A DNA stretch of 64,000 nucleotides, taken from contig JBALDB010000005.1 in the NCBI GenBank assembly GCA_036918135.1, positions 145,073 through 209,072 of the forward strand, read 5' to 3'. The DNA is from Nostoc sp. (GTDB lineage Bacteria; Cyanobacteriota; Cyanobacteriia; Cyanobacteriales; Nostocaceae). Both the position numbers and the translations under genes were made by a program. The notes below the pieces were generated by a model. The model made no database searches and was not told where the DNA came from. It was given only the letters and a program-made list of their open reading frames with translations. Shown piece after piece: positions 21,122 to 31,940 of this stretch. Numbering within the stretch: the first letter of the stretch is position 1; the number at the start of each line of letters is the position of its first letter.

Positions 21122-21697
21122 TTAAGATTTAGGTACTTGCCAATTAGGATTTGTGAGACTTGTTAAAATATGATCTTCCCATTCTCCATTGATTAATAAA
21201 TAATCTCTAGCATATCCTTCAATGACGAAACCGAGTCTTTTTAGCACATTGCCACTACGACGATTATGAGGCATATAATTAGCCATAACCCGGTGAAAAT
21301 TTAATTGTTCAAAGAGATATTGAATTGCTACTCGTAATCCTTCTGTCATATAGCCTTTGCCTTGCTTTTTTTCAGCAAGGCTATATCCTACATAGCAAAA
21401 ATGAGCAGCTCCTCGAACAAAATTACTAAAGTTGATAGTTCCAATAATTACAGTGGGATTTTTTTTAGTAAAAATAAATAGCTTTAAAGACTGACCATTG
21501 ATAAATTCCAGAAAATTATTCTCTATTTGATACTGCCAATATTCTTGAGTGAAAAAACCATCACCCCAAAGAGGGTAGAATGGAGTAAGATAAGTTTTAT
21601 TATCAGTAAAGTATTTGAGAATTTGCGGTATATCCTCTAAAATTGCCGCTCGCAATAATAGGCGATCGCTTCTAATTAATGGTAGTTCTAATTTCAT
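21122..21697 (-). CDS. rimJ: RimJ-like GNAT N-acetyltransferase
   Basis: VGYSL...QGKGYMTE, HRVMANYMPHN.RS..VLKRLGF..EG, WEDH. Confidence 0.82.
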   Translation of the reverse strand: MKLELPLIRSDRLLLRAAILEDIPQILKYFTDNKTYLTPFYPLWGDGFFTQEYWQYQIENNFLEFINGQSLKLFIFTKKNPTVIIGTINFSNFVRGAAHFCYVGYSLAEKKQGKGYMTEGLRVAIQYLFEQLNFHRVMANYMPHNRRSGNVLKRLGFVIEGYARDYLLINGEWEDHILTSLTNPNWQVPKS

Positions 21698-21830
21698 TGG
21701 TCATTAGTCATTGGTCATTGGTCACTTGTTCTGAGCGTACTCCTACGGAGAAGCAAGCTACGCGTAGCATCTTTGTTAGGAGAAGCTGTTGGCGCAGCCT
21801 CTCGTAGAGAAGCATTGGTCATTAGTTATT
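21696..21830. repeat. STRR heptamer (cattggt) tract with embedded small dispersed repeats
   Basis: cattggt/cattagt tandem; gcaagctacgc and ctcgtagaga motifs also seen near 19513, 35020, 38350, 40103, 42298, 52241. Confidence 0.65.
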
Positions 21831-22061
21831 TCTCTCCCCATTTTCCCATCTCCCTATCTCCCTACTCCTAGTGAGTATTTTTGCTCTGAATCTGCCAATC
21901 AACCAAAATCTTGATAAGCTGATGTCTAAATATCTAGAGCCGAAGGATTGAGAGCTAATGGGTAATTAAGAACTTCGATAAAATTCATTTACCCAAAGGC
22001 TGTACCAGAGGAAACTCAACCAAAACACAGCTCTTGATAAACCTAGTCTACAAGAAGGATA

Positions 22062-23072
22062 GTGATGTCGGGAATACGCTACGATTGGCAGGAATTAGAG
22101 ATTGGGGCGATATACAACACGCCTTTGCTAGAGCTTATTTATCAAGCTGCTAGCGTGCATCGCCAATATCATGACCCAACAAAAATCCAAGTTTGTAAGC
22201 TGATATCAATTAAAACTGGAGGTTGTCCAGAAGATTGTAGCTACTGTGCCCAATCTTCCCGCTATCAAACAGAAGTAAAGCCGCAAGCACTCTTAGAAAA
22301 GGAAACGGTAGTTAGCATTGCTCAAAAAGCTAAAGAAACCGGTGTTAGTCGCATCTGTATGGGTGCTGCTTGGCGTCAGGTGCGGGACAGCTCACAATTT
22401 GAGGAAGTCCTGGAAATGGTCAAGGATGTGACAGCAATGGGTTTGGAAGTATGCTGCACTCTGGGGATGTTGACACCAAATCAAGCCAAGCGATTAGAAG
22501 CAGCCGGACTTTACGCTTATAACCATAACTTGGATACATCTCAAGAATATTACAGCACAATTATTACCACAAGGACATATAGCGATCGCTTAAACACAAT
22601 TGAGAATGTCCGTCAAACAAATGTTACTGTCTGTTCCGGCGGTATCCTTGGTTTGGGCGAAACCGCCGATGACCGGATTGCCATGTTGCAAACTCTGGCC
22701 AACTTGCATCCGCATCCAGAGTCCGTACCAATTAATATTCTCTCCCAAGTACCAGGCACACCCTTAGAAAATCAGCCTGATGTCCCCATTTGGGATGTTG
22801 TGCGGATGATTGCCACAGCCAGAATTTTAATGCCAGCTTCCGATGTGCGCTTGAGTGCTGGTAGGGCTAGACTTTCTCAAGTCGAACAAGCTTTGTGCTT
22901 TATGGCAGGAGCCAATTCTATCTTTTCTAGCGACGACAACAAAATGTTGACGGTGACAACTCCGTGTCCAGATTATGATGCTGACAAAGAAATGCTGAAT
23001 TTACTCGGTTTAGGAATGCGTCCGCCTTCCCAAAGACAGGAGAAATTAGCAACTCCAGCAGTTGTGGGATAA
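22062..23072 (+). CDS. bioB: Biotin synthase
   Basis: [38 protein letters not shown]. Confidence 0.96.
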   Translation: MMSGIRYDWQELEIGAIYNTPLLELIYQAASVHRQYHDPTKIQVCKLISIKTGGCPEDCSYCAQSSRYQTEVKPQALLEKETVVSIAQKAKETGVSRICMGAAWRQVRDSSQFEEVLEMVKDVTAMGLEVCCTLGMLTPNQAKRLEAAGLYAYNHNLDTSQEYYSTIITTRTYSDRLNTIENVRQTNVTVCSGGILGLGETADDRIAMLQTLANLHPHPESVPINILSQVPGTPLENQPDVPIWDVVRMIATARILMPASDVRLSAGRARLSQVEQALCFMAGANSIFSSDDNKMLTVTTPCPDYDADKEMLNLLGLGMRPPSQRQEKLATPAVVG

Positions 23073-23360
23073 ATATTTTCCAGGATGGGCGTCTCGCCCG
23101 TCCTTAGTCAAACAAGGGCAGGCTTTGAGACCCGCCCCACAAGAATCTTGGTTAAATTATCTTGGCAGTCCGCAGACCGAAGAACAGACCAAGGGCTATA
23201 CCAAAGAATAAACCTAAGAAGACAATGTAAGCTACGATTGCAAACATTTATTTTTCTCCACAATACTTCCTAAATCTATTGAATCATTAGATGTTGGATA
23301 TTGGGCATTGAGAGTGCTAACTGTTGACTGTTGGGGATTGGGCATGAGGTAAGCGGAGAA

Positions 23361-23477
23361 TGTGGGAGGAAAAGGAGGTGTGGGAGGATGGGAAAGAAAT
23401 CTTGCCCCCCTCTCTCCCCACACTCCCCACACTTCCCTATCTCCTCATCTCCCCACACTCCCCCCTCCCCCCTCTTT
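23361..23477. repeat. G-rich/C-rich bipartite repeat, copy 1
   Basis: tgtgggagg arm, core aagaaatcttgccccc, ccacactcccc arm; similar elements at 41183 and 56451. Confidence 0.7.
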
Positions 23478-23526
23478 CCAGATTGCGATAGAATACAGCC
23501 CACAGGCGCTTGTTTGGGGTTGGGCA

Positions 23527-24618
23527 ATGACTTCTGTAATTAATGTAAATTTACCAGAGCAGTCTTATGAGATTGCAATTGCACCTTCAAGTTTAGATCG
23601 ATTGGGTCAACACATGGCCAGTCTAAAGCTAGGCAAAAAGGTACTGCTGGTTTCTAATCCAACAATTTTTAAGCATTTTGGGAAAAGAGCCATTGCCTCG
23701 CTGACATCTGCTGGATTTGAAGTTGCTAGCTGCACCCTACCACCTGGGGAACGCTACAAAACCCTCAACTCCATCCAAAAACTCTACGATGTTGCTTTGG
23801 AAAACCGCCTAGAACGTTCTTCTACTATGGTGGCTTTGGGGGGAGGTGTGATTGGTGATATGACGGGTTTTGCTGCCGCAACTTGGCTGCGGGGCATTAA
23901 TGTTGTGCAAGTGCCTACCTCTGTGTTGGCAATGGTAGATTCGGCAATTGGTGGCAAAACTGGCGTTAATCATCCCCAGGGTAAAAACTTAATTGGGGCA
24001 TTCCATCAACCACGCTTGGTTTCGATCGACCCAGAAGTGTTGAAAACTCTTCCGATGCGCGAGTTTCGCGCGGGGATGGCAGAAGTTATAAAGTACGGTG
24101 TGATTTGGGATGCCGAATTGTTTGCCCAGTTGGAAGCAAGTAAACGCCTCGACCAACTCCGCTATGTCAAACCTGAACTGATAAACAGCATAATAACGCG
24201 CTCTTGTCAAGCTAAAGCTGATGTTGTTGGCAAAGATGAAAAAGAAGGTGGGTTACGGGCGATTCTCAACTATGGACATACCATCGGTCATGCAGTAGAG
24301 AGTTTGACTGGTTATCGAAGCGTGAATCACGGTGAAGCAGTGGCAATTGGCATGGTAGCAGCCGGACAAATTGCTGTGGAACTAGGAATGTGGCAAAAGG
24401 AAGACACCGAACGTCAAAATGCTTTAATTCAAAAAGCAGGTTTACCGACTCAGTTACCAGCTGGGGTGGATATTGAAGCAATTATTCAAGCCTTGCAGTT
24501 AGATAAAAAAGTCAAATCCGGCAAAGTACGGTTTATTTTGCCAACACAAATTGGTGTAGTCACAATTACCGATGAAGTGCCTTCGGATATTATTCGCCAA
24601 GTATTGCGGGGGATTTAA
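23527..24618 (+). CDS. aroB: 3-dehydroquinate synthase
   Basis: [41 protein letters not shown]; start MTSVINV at 23527. Confidence 0.96.
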   Translation: MTSVINVNLPEQSYEIAIAPSSLDRLGQHMASLKLGKKVLLVSNPTIFKHFGKRAIASLTSAGFEVASCTLPPGERYKTLNSIQKLYDVALENRLERSSTMVALGGGVIGDMTGFAAATWLRGINVVQVPTSVLAMVDSAIGGKTGVNHPQGKNLIGAFHQPRLVSIDPEVLKTLPMREFRAGMAEVIKYGVIWDAELFAQLEASKRLDQLRYVKPELINSIITRSCQAKADVVGKDEKEGGLRAILNYGHTIGHAVESLTGYRSVNHGEAVAIGMVAAGQIAVELGMWQKEDTERQNALIQKAGLPTQLPAGVDIEAIIQALQLDKKVKSGKVRFILPTQIGVVTITDEVPSDIIRQVLRGI

Positions 24619-24971
24619 CCAAAGAAGAGATGTTTACTTTAATGGTTTGGAATAATTTTAATACAACTTACATCCGTAACCAATTTGTCTAAAATTAGAG
24701 AGATAGAGAATACAATTGGGCAAATCTTCCTCAAGGCTGGTCTAGCCAAATTAACCTGAATTCTCTAATTGTTCAGTTCAAAAAGCAATGCTTCTAAGTA
24801 TTAGGATTTAATTTATATCGAAAGGTAGAGCCATCTGATTTGAAAAATTGAGACAACTATAGCGACGAGTAACTCTATTCGTACATTGGTAGAATTTTGG
24901 CATAGCAGCAATTTAACCCTCAAATTTAAATTAAGTCACAATAATAATAGGTAATTATAGAGGGCGCTACT

Positions 24972-25274
24972 ATGTCTCGTCTAACCCAAATTATTCAGAA
25001 CTTATTTCTTCGTTTGGAAGGCTTTTTTTCTGTTGTTTTTAAACCGTTGTTAAATTTTGTCAAAAGTTTCTTTGGCTTTTTTAGCAGCGTCTTCGGATTT
25101 ACTAACTCTAATTATTTCTTGGAATCCGATCGCGTACAAGATATAAATCAAGAGCCAATTCAAACGGCTCAAAATACGACTTTTGAAACACCCGCCACTA
25201 CCCGCCGTCGTTCCAATACCAAAAAAGTTGAGGATTACTACATTAAGATGGCGCGTGATGTCAAAAACAACTAA
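24972..25274 (+). CDS. Small hypothetical protein
   Basis: 100-aa ORF with GAGG SD and amphipathic N-terminus. Confidence 0.65.
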   Translation: MSRLTQIIQNLFLRLEGFFSVVFKPLLNFVKSFFGFFSSVFGFTNSNYFLESDRVQDINQEPIQTAQNTTFETPATTRRRSNTKKVEDYYIKMARDVKNN

Positions 25275-25876
25275 TTGGCTGTATGGGCGTAAAATTGTAC
25301 GCCTATACGCATCTATCTTTATCGCAGTTTTCCAATGTGTACCAAAACCTTTGTGAGCGTGCGCTGTAGCGAAGGTAGATCCTTTCGTGGATGGGAGACA
25401 TATCATTCACAGAGTCGTCTGTGTCCTCGACTTCAAGGGCAAAGGATAAACCCGACCATTTACTATAGTAGATTCTGCGTTCATCTGGATTGTAATGCAA
25501 GAAGGCAGGATTCTACATGTCATAAAAACGGTTTTCGATGATAAGCTGTTCCACATTTAACTTGCACCTGGTTGGATTGTTGCTTAATTGCTCAATTCCT
25601 CTCCCCATCTCCTCGTCAGCCAAAACACATGCTAACTGGATGTTTTACAGTTTATCCGCGATGTCTGCAATCTTGGTAGTACGCGTTAAGTCAAAGCCAG
25701 AGGCGGGATCGTCGTACTCTATTTTATATAGCCCTGATGGCACAGCGATCGCCTAGTAGCAGAATCGCAACTCGACTGATTTACTCTTGTATCCTTTTTC
25801 TTAGAGGCTAGATTTTTCCTACACCCTTACACTCCACCCCAAAGGGTCTTGGTCATTAGTCACCATTTTCAACTAA

Positions 25877-25952
25877 TTAATGAGATTTGATTGCATTAAG
25901 CAAAATTTTAGTGTAAGCTCTTTTTTAACTTGTTGAATAAAATTCTCAACAA
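25877..25952 (+). promoter_or_regulatory. Fur-box-like operators upstream of isiA
   Basis: Imperfect palindromes ttaatgagatttgattgcattaa (25877-25899) and ttgttgaataaaattctcaacaa (25930-25952); resemble the AT-rich cyanobacterial FurA box. Confidence 0.65.
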
Positions 25953-25969
25953 TTTTCGATAGGTGTAAA

Positions 25970-27028
25970 ATGACAATTTCTAGAAGTCCGTTGTCGGTAG
26001 AGCAAGACCTTACCGACTCACCTTGGTGGGCTGGTAACGCTAGACTTACCAGCTTATCAGGGAAATTACTAGGCGCTCATGTCGCTCATTCTGGTCTGAT
26101 AGTTTTCTGGGCGGGGGCTATGACTTTATTTGAGCTGGGGCATTTTAATCCAGCAAAACCGATGTACGAACAAGGCTTAATTTTGCTACCTCACCTAGCT
26201 ACTCAAGGTTGGGGCGTTGGCGCAAATGGTGCAGTTATAAGTACTTATCCTTATTTCGTAATTGGAGCTTTACATTTAATCTCCTCAGCCTTTTTGGGTT
26301 TTGGAGGAATCTTTCATTCCCTACGTGGTCCAGAAAAATTAGAAGGCAAAGTTCCTTTCTTTGGCTACGACTGGTCAGATACAGGTAAAATGACCACAAT
26401 CCTTGGTATACATCTGGTTTTACTGGGTTGTGGTGCATTTTTGTTAGTCGCCAAAGCAATGTACTTTGGTGGTTTGTACGACCCAAATGTTGAAGATGTG
26501 CGGGTAATTACAAATCCAACATTAAACCCAGCGGTGATTTTTGGTTATTTATTTGGCGCAATTAGAAAATTTTGGATTGCTGGCGTTGATAACCTCGAAG
26601 ATGTAGTTGGCGGTCACATTTGGGTTGGTGCGCTGTTGATTATTGGTGGATTTTTCCACATCGCAACTAAGCCCTTCAGTTGGACGCATCCAATATTTGT
26701 TTGGTCTGGAGAAGCTTACCTTTCTTACAGTCTTGGTGCTTTAGCATTGATGGGCTTTATTGCAACTCTCTTTGTATCGGTAAACACGACTGTTTATCCG
26801 GAAGTTTTTTATGGCCCAGCGCTCGTGGTTAGGCAGAACATCGTGCCGTACTTTTCATCACCTGACGCTGACCTTGTGACTGCCCGCACTTGGTTAGCTA
26901 ATGCTCACTTTTGGTTAGCTTTCTTCTTTCTCCAAGGTCATATCTGGCACGCTTTGCGGGCGCGTGGGTTTGATTTTCGCAAAGGTAGAGTGAGTCAGGA
27001 AGCGGTAATTCCACAACCAATTAGCTAA
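25970..27028 (+). CDS. isiA: Iron-stress chlorophyll-binding protein, IsiA/CP43' family
   Basis: [45 protein letters not shown]; lacks the large CP43 loop. Confidence 0.92.
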   Translation: MTISRSPLSVEQDLTDSPWWAGNARLTSLSGKLLGAHVAHSGLIVFWAGAMTLFELGHFNPAKPMYEQGLILLPHLATQGWGVGANGAVISTYPYFVIGALHLISSAFLGFGGIFHSLRGPEKLEGKVPFFGYDWSDTGKMTTILGIHLVLLGCGAFLLVAKAMYFGGLYDPNVEDVRVITNPTLNPAVIFGYLFGAIRKFWIAGVDNLEDVVGGHIWVGALLIIGGFFHIATKPFSWTHPIFVWSGEAYLSYSLGALALMGFIATLFVSVNTTVYPEVFYGPALVVRQNIVPYFSSPDADLVTARTWLANAHFWLAFFFLQGHIWHALRARGFDFRKGRVSQEAVIPQPIS

Positions 27029-27035
27029 TTTAATT

Positions 27036-27097
27036 TAATGCAAACTATTTGCAATTATTTCTCGTAGCATCTCAAAAATATTGCAATAAATTCTCAA
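27036..27097 (+). promoter_or_regulatory. Fur-box-like sites between the two isiA genes
   Basis: taatgcaaactatttgcaatt and attgcaataaattctcaa just before the SD. Confidence 0.55.
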
Positions 27098-27109
27098 GGA
27101 GTAATAGAG

Positions 27110-28633
27110 ATGACAGCAGTAATTGAAGATAGCCCGTACAAGCAACAAATACCTGATGTTGGCTGGTGGGCTGGTAACTTTCGTTTGACTAATCTATCAG
27201 GCAAATTATTAGGCGCTCATATTGCCCATTCTGCATTAATTTTGTTATGGGCTGGAGGGATGACGCTGTTTGAGTTGTCGCGCTTCGATCCGAATCTGCC
27301 AATGTATGAGCAAGGATTAATCATATTGCCTCATTTAGCAACTTTGGGTCTTGGTGTCGGTGCTGGTGGGCAAGTTATTAGCACCTATCCCTACTTTGTA
27401 ATCAGCGTCTTGCATCTGATACCCTCAGTAATTTTGGCAGCTGGTGGTATTTACCACTCTCTGCTGGGGCCAGAGGTGTTACAAGACAATCCTACTTGGG
27501 CTGGCTTTTTTGGCTATGACTGGAAAGACAAAGACAAGATGACGACAATCCTGGGCATTCACTTAGTACTGCTAGGCTTGGGTGCTTGGGCTTTAGTTGC
27601 AAAGGGGATATTTTGGGGTGGACTGTTTGACCCTTGGGCTGCTGGCGGTGGAGATGTCAGGATAATCAATCATCCAACGCTCAACCCATTCCGGATTTTT
27701 GGCTATTTGTTTGGGGTTTGGGGATCAGAGGGAATGGCAGCTGTTGATAACTTGGAAGATGTTGTCGGCGGTCACATCTGGGTTGGTTTGATGCTAATTG
27801 GCGGTGGTATTTTTCACATCTTGACTAAGCCATTTGCCTGGGCGCGAAAAATTTTAATTTACTCTGGGGAAGCGTATCTGTCTTACAGTATCGGTGCTGT
27901 TGCATATATGGGCTTTTTGGCAGCTTACTTCGCGTCAGTCAATAACACCGTCTATCCCGAAGTTTTCTATGGCCCAGTTAGAGTTATAGAAACTTCTACT
28001 GGTATAGTTTCTGCGCGTGGTTGGTTGGTAACTTTTCATTTTGTTCTAGCGTTGATATTTCTATTGGGTCACATCTGGCACGCGCTACGCGCCCGTGCGA
28101 TTGCAGCCGGATTTGATTTTAAAAATGGCGACATGGTTCAGCCACCACGAGTGAATCCTCCAACAAATAATCAAGCAATTTCACTCGATTCTTCTGATTT
28201 GACATTGAAGTTTCTCAAATATTTGCCAATTTATCGTCCTGGCATATCTCCTCTAGCGCGGGGATTAGAAATTGGCATGGCTCATGGTTATTGGCTAGTT
28301 GGCCCCTTTGCAACATTAGGGTCATTAGGTTTGTTAGGCAATTCTAATACGGGTAACTTGTTTGGTTTACTAGCCGCAGGCAGTTTGATTCTCGTGCTGA
28401 CAATTGCTTTTTCAATTTATGGCACTACCAGCTTTGAAAGACAGCAAGAAATCTATCCTCGTTCGGTAGCAGTTGCAACAGTTCCTCGTGTACCACAGAC
28501 TGTCAATTCTACTGAAAAATGGGGTCAGTTTACTGATGGCTTTCTGATTGGTGGGATTGGGGGAGCAATTTTTGCTTATCTGTTGTTAAATAGCGTTACT
28601 ATATTTGCCGCGAGCGCTATTAACTCGATTTAG
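27110..28633 (+). CDS. IsiA-family protein fused to a C-terminal PsaL domain
   Basis: IsiA core followed by [29 protein letters not shown]...[15 protein letters not shown] (PsaL signature). Confidence 0.9.
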   Translation: MTAVIEDSPYKQQIPDVGWWAGNFRLTNLSGKLLGAHIAHSALILLWAGGMTLFELSRFDPNLPMYEQGLIILPHLATLGLGVGAGGQVISTYPYFVISVLHLIPSVILAAGGIYHSLLGPEVLQDNPTWAGFFGYDWKDKDKMTTILGIHLVLLGLGAWALVAKGIFWGGLFDPWAAGGGDVRIINHPTLNPFRIFGYLFGVWGSEGMAAVDNLEDVVGGHIWVGLMLIGGGIFHILTKPFAWARKILIYSGEAYLSYSIGAVAYMGFLAAYFASVNNTVYPEVFYGPVRVIETSTGIVSARGWLVTFHFVLALIFLLGHIWHALRARAIAAGFDFKNGDMVQPPRVNPPTNNQAISLDSSDLTLKFLKYLPIYRPGISPLARGLEIGMAHGYWLVGPFATLGSLGLLGNSNTGNLFGLLAAGSLILVLTIAFSIYGTTSFERQQEIYPRSVAVATVPRVPQTVNSTEKWGQFTDGFLIGGIGGAIFAYLLLNSVTIFAASAINSI

Positions 28634-28657
28634 TCAGCTAACCTTCAAGATTCAGTT

Positions 28658-28711
28658 ATCTGTGTGTCTTTGTGGTTAATCAATTTTTGTTACCACAAAG
28701 GCACAACAGAT
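28658..28711 (+). terminator. Stem-loop after the isiA operon
   Basis: tgtgtctttgtggt / accacaaaggcaca inverted repeat starting about 25 nt after the stop. Confidence 0.5.
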
Positions 28712-28859
28712 TCTCAACTTTTGGCAATCTGTGCCTCAGTTGGATAATGATGTACGGATTGTCCAAAATTTTTGAAAGTGCTTATTTTTTGATGCTTTCC
28801 GGAAATCAGGAGGTAATGTCAGAAAAACTAAATAAAAGAACTCACTGAGTAACCAGGTC

Positions 28860-30626
28860 ATGATCCACCACATAATTGGTAAATTACTACAAGGACGTTA
28901 CCAAATTGTCCAAAGCCTTGGTGCAGGGGTATTTGGACAAACATACATTGCTCTAGATGTAGATTACCCAGACAATGCCAAATGCGTAGTTAAACTGATC
29001 AAAGCTAGCAGTTTTGAATCCAGCTACCTAGACACGCTGAGGTTACTGTTTTTAACTGAAACCCAAACCCTCAAGCTTTTAGGAAGCCACGAGCAAATTC
29101 CTGAATTCATCTCCTGCTTTGAAGAGAACAAGCGATTTTATTTGGTGCAAGAGTATATTGAAGGACATGCGCTAACTGCGGAATTACCCATCAATCAGGA
29201 GTGGGGGTCTGTATGGAGTGAAAGGGAAGTTGTAGAATTTTTATTAGATGTCTTAGGTATTCTAGAATTTGTTCATTCTCAAGGCGTTATTCATTGCGAT
29301 ATTAAACCAGAAAACTTAATTAGACGCGCTGGTGATAGTAAGTTAGTTTTAATTGATTTTGGCTCAATCCAGTCGATTGATTTTGGTATAGGTGCAGAAT
29401 TGCCTATTCATCGAATTCCCGTCACTTCATTGGGATACATACCACCAGAGCAATTTATTGGTGAAACACAGCCCAACAGTGATATTTATGCTCTGGGAAT
29501 GATTGCTATCCAGGCTTTAACAGGGCTAGAACCACTACAATTAAAGGTTGCTCCTGATACTAATGAAATTATTTGGCGTTCTCCAAATACGCCAGTTAAT
29601 GATTATTTAGCTGCTGTTCTCAGCCAAATGATCCGCTACGATTACAAAAACCGCTTTCAGTCTGCGGGTGAAGTTCTGCGGGTTCTTCAACAAATAATCT
29701 GGGAAAGTCCACCAGTAGAAATATTAACAGCAGATAATAAAATTTCTTTAGAAACAACAATTAAAGATGATTTTAAGAATCCTGCTGAAGGAAAATTATC
29801 GCCGCTATTGACTGGAATGAAAGTAGGGCTGGTGGCAAATTCTTTGTTGATGGGATTTGGTGTATATTCTTTAATTAATACTTCAGGTGGTTACTCAGAA
29901 TCAGAAACTTTAAATCAAGCTAAAAAAGAATATCAAGCAGGAGATTTACAAGAAGCGATCGCCCTAGCTAAATCAATTCCTGCCCACAGCAATGTTTATC
30001 CAGAAGCTCAAGCCACAATTGAGGAATGGCAGGAGCAATGGCAAGTAGCTGCACAACAATATCAAATAGCTGTAACTGCTTTTAATAAAAGTAGATGGTC
30101 AGATGTTGTGGATGCGGCTCGTCAAATTCCAGATATTTCATACTGGCAATCTAAAATAGATAAATTAGTTCAACAAGCATATATCAATATTGAAGCACAA
30201 ACCCAAGATTTATTAGCAAAAGCTTACGAAAGTGCCAACATCAAAGATTTTTCTGGTGCTTTACAATATTTGGGTCAAATTCCTAAAGAAAGTTCTGCTG
30301 GTGCTATAGTTCAAGACAAATTGGCTGAATACAATCGCAAACGGCAAATCAGAGCAGCTTATTTTTTGAACAAAGCTTACAATCAAGCATCAATTGGTGA
30401 TTTTAATAGCGCTATCAAGTTACTGAAAAATATTCCTCAGGATACTTTAGTTTCTGCTGAAGCTCAACTCAAATTGAATGAATATATTCGAAAGCAACGC
30501 GTGCTGGCTGAACATCAAAAGGTAGCTTCTGCAAAAAAAGCAAATTCATTTATTCCAAAAAACTTTGATACTAAGATTGAATATCTTCAAGGAGTAAATT
30601 ACCTGGAAGAGGTTAATATCCGCTAG
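28860..30626 (+). CDS. Ser/Thr protein kinase with TM and helical repeat C-terminus
   Basis: GAGVFG, HCDIKPEN, DFG, GYIPPEQ, SDIYALG. Confidence 0.9.
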   Translation: MIHHIIGKLLQGRYQIVQSLGAGVFGQTYIALDVDYPDNAKCVVKLIKASSFESSYLDTLRLLFLTETQTLKLLGSHEQIPEFISCFEENKRFYLVQEYIEGHALTAELPINQEWGSVWSEREVVEFLLDVLGILEFVHSQGVIHCDIKPENLIRRAGDSKLVLIDFGSIQSIDFGIGAELPIHRIPVTSLGYIPPEQFIGETQPNSDIYALGMIAIQALTGLEPLQLKVAPDTNEIIWRSPNTPVNDYLAAVLSQMIRYDYKNRFQSAGEVLRVLQQIIWESPPVEILTADNKISLETTIKDDFKNPAEGKLSPLLTGMKVGLVANSLLMGFGVYSLINTSGGYSESETLNQAKKEYQAGDLQEAIALAKSIPAHSNVYPEAQATIEEWQEQWQVAAQQYQIAVTAFNKSRWSDVVDAARQIPDISYWQSKIDKLVQQAYINIEAQTQDLLAKAYESANIKDFSGALQYLGQIPKESSAGAIVQDKLAEYNRKRQIRAAYFLNKAYNQASIGDFNSAIKLLKNIPQDTLVSAEAQLKLNEYIRKQRVLAEHQKVASAKKANSFIPKNFDTKIEYLQGVNYLEEVNIR

Positions 30627-30647
30627 TTACATTTAGGGTTAAATTTC

Positions 30648-31940
30648 TCAAATGGGTAGTTCAATGATGAACTCTATACCTTCACCTGGGTTAGAATTGT
30701 ATGTGAGCTTGCCGTGATGATTATTCACCACAATTTGATAAGCAATAGATAGACCAAGCCCTGTACCTTTACCGACGGGTTTTGTTGTGTAAAAGGCATT
30801 GAATATTTTTGTTTGGTCTGCTTTGTTTATACCTGAGCCATTGTCGGCAATTCTAAAAATAACTTGCTTTCCAATTACCTCTGTTTGGAGTTTAATTACA
30901 CCAGGATGTAATGAAATTTCTGGAAAACTTTTATTTTTATGTGTTTCTTCAATTGCATCGATCGCATTAGAAATCAAATTCATAAAAACCTGATTAATTT
31001 CGCCAGGAAAACACTTAATCAAAGGCAAGTTTCCATATTCTTTGATTATTTGGATGGCTGGGCGATGAGCGTTTGCTTTAAATCGATGTCCGAGAATGAG
31101 TAGCGTACTTTCTATCCCTTCATGTAAGTTAGCTAATTTTTTACCAGCTTCTCTGTGTCGGGAAAAGTTGTTTAAAGATGAGACAATTTCTATAACGCGA
31201 CTTGTCCCGACTTGCATGGATTGAATAATTTTAAATAAATCATTTAATAAAAAGTTAATATCATTTTTTTGAATTGCAGTTTGAATTTCATCTGGTGGAT
31301 TGGGTAGATATTTTTGATAGAGATGCAGTAAACTAACTATCTCTTGTACATACTTTTCCATGAAATTTAAGTTGCCAGCTATAAAATTGATCGGATTATT
31401 AACTTCATGAGCAATTCCTGCTGTCAGTTGACCTAAAGCAGCTACCTTTTCTGCTTGAATAAGGTGAGTTTGAGTCTGTTCTAATTCGGTATTTTTAGCG
31501 ATTAAGGTTTTTGTCAAATTTCTCAGCTTCAGGTGATTTTCGATCCGCACCAAGACTTCTTCATACTGAAAAGGTTTGGTAATGTAGTCTACAGCTCCCA
31601 ATTGCAAACCTTTGACTTTATCAGCAGTTTCTGCTAGGGCTGTCATAAAAATGACTGGAATATCTTGGACACGAGGATTACTTTTTAGCTGTTTACAGGT
31701 TTCAAAACCATCTAAACCGGGCATCATCACATCCAACAAGATTAAATCGGGTAAATCATCATTTTCTAATCGCCCAAGGGCTTTCTCACCGCTGCGTGCT
31801 GCCCAAACTTCAAAGCTAGACCGATCTAGAAAGCTGGATAAAACTTGTAAATTGGCAGGGTTATCGTCAACGACTAAAACAATTCCCCTAGAAGGAGCGT
31901 AATCGCTGGAATTTTTTTGGTCTTCAATAGTCGTTTTCAT
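30648..31940 (-). CDS. Response regulator - histidine kinase hybrid
   Basis: REC (VVDD, LLDVMMP, YITKP), H-box AHEVNNP, GKGTGLGL. Confidence 0.92.
   Translation of the reverse strand: MKTTIEDQKNSSDYAPSRGIVLVVDDNPANLQVLSSFLDRSSFEVWAARSGEKALGRLENDDLPDLILLDVMMPGLDGFETCKQLKSNPRVQDIPVIFMTALAETADKVKGLQLGAVDYITKPFQYEEVLVRIENHLKLRNLTKTLIAKNTELEQTQTHLIQAEKVAALGQLTAGIAHEVNNPINFIAGNLNFMEKYVQEIVSLLHLYQKYLPNPPDEIQTAIQKNDINFLLNDLFKIIQSMQVGTSRVIEIVSSLNNFSRHREAGKKLANLHEGIESTLLILGHRFKANAHRPAIQIIKEYGNLPLIKCFPGEINQVFMNLISNAIDAIEETHKNKSFPEISLHPGVIKLQTEVIGKQVIFRIADNGSGINKADQTKIFNAFYTTKPVGKGTGLGLSIAYQIVVNNHHGKLTYNSNPGEGIEFIIELPI

Noticed and set aside
21940..22042. SAM-I riboswitch on the minus strand (ttatcaagag start)
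   Set aside because: The rest of the SAM-I consensus (GAGGGA..GGCCC, GCAACC, GGTGC) is missing and the orientation is opposite to bioB.
23362..23526. N-terminal extension of AroB (likewise 37202-37393 of the kinase and 13455-13559)
   Set aside because: Translation of repeat or intergenic DNA; family-like sequence starts at downstream ATGs.
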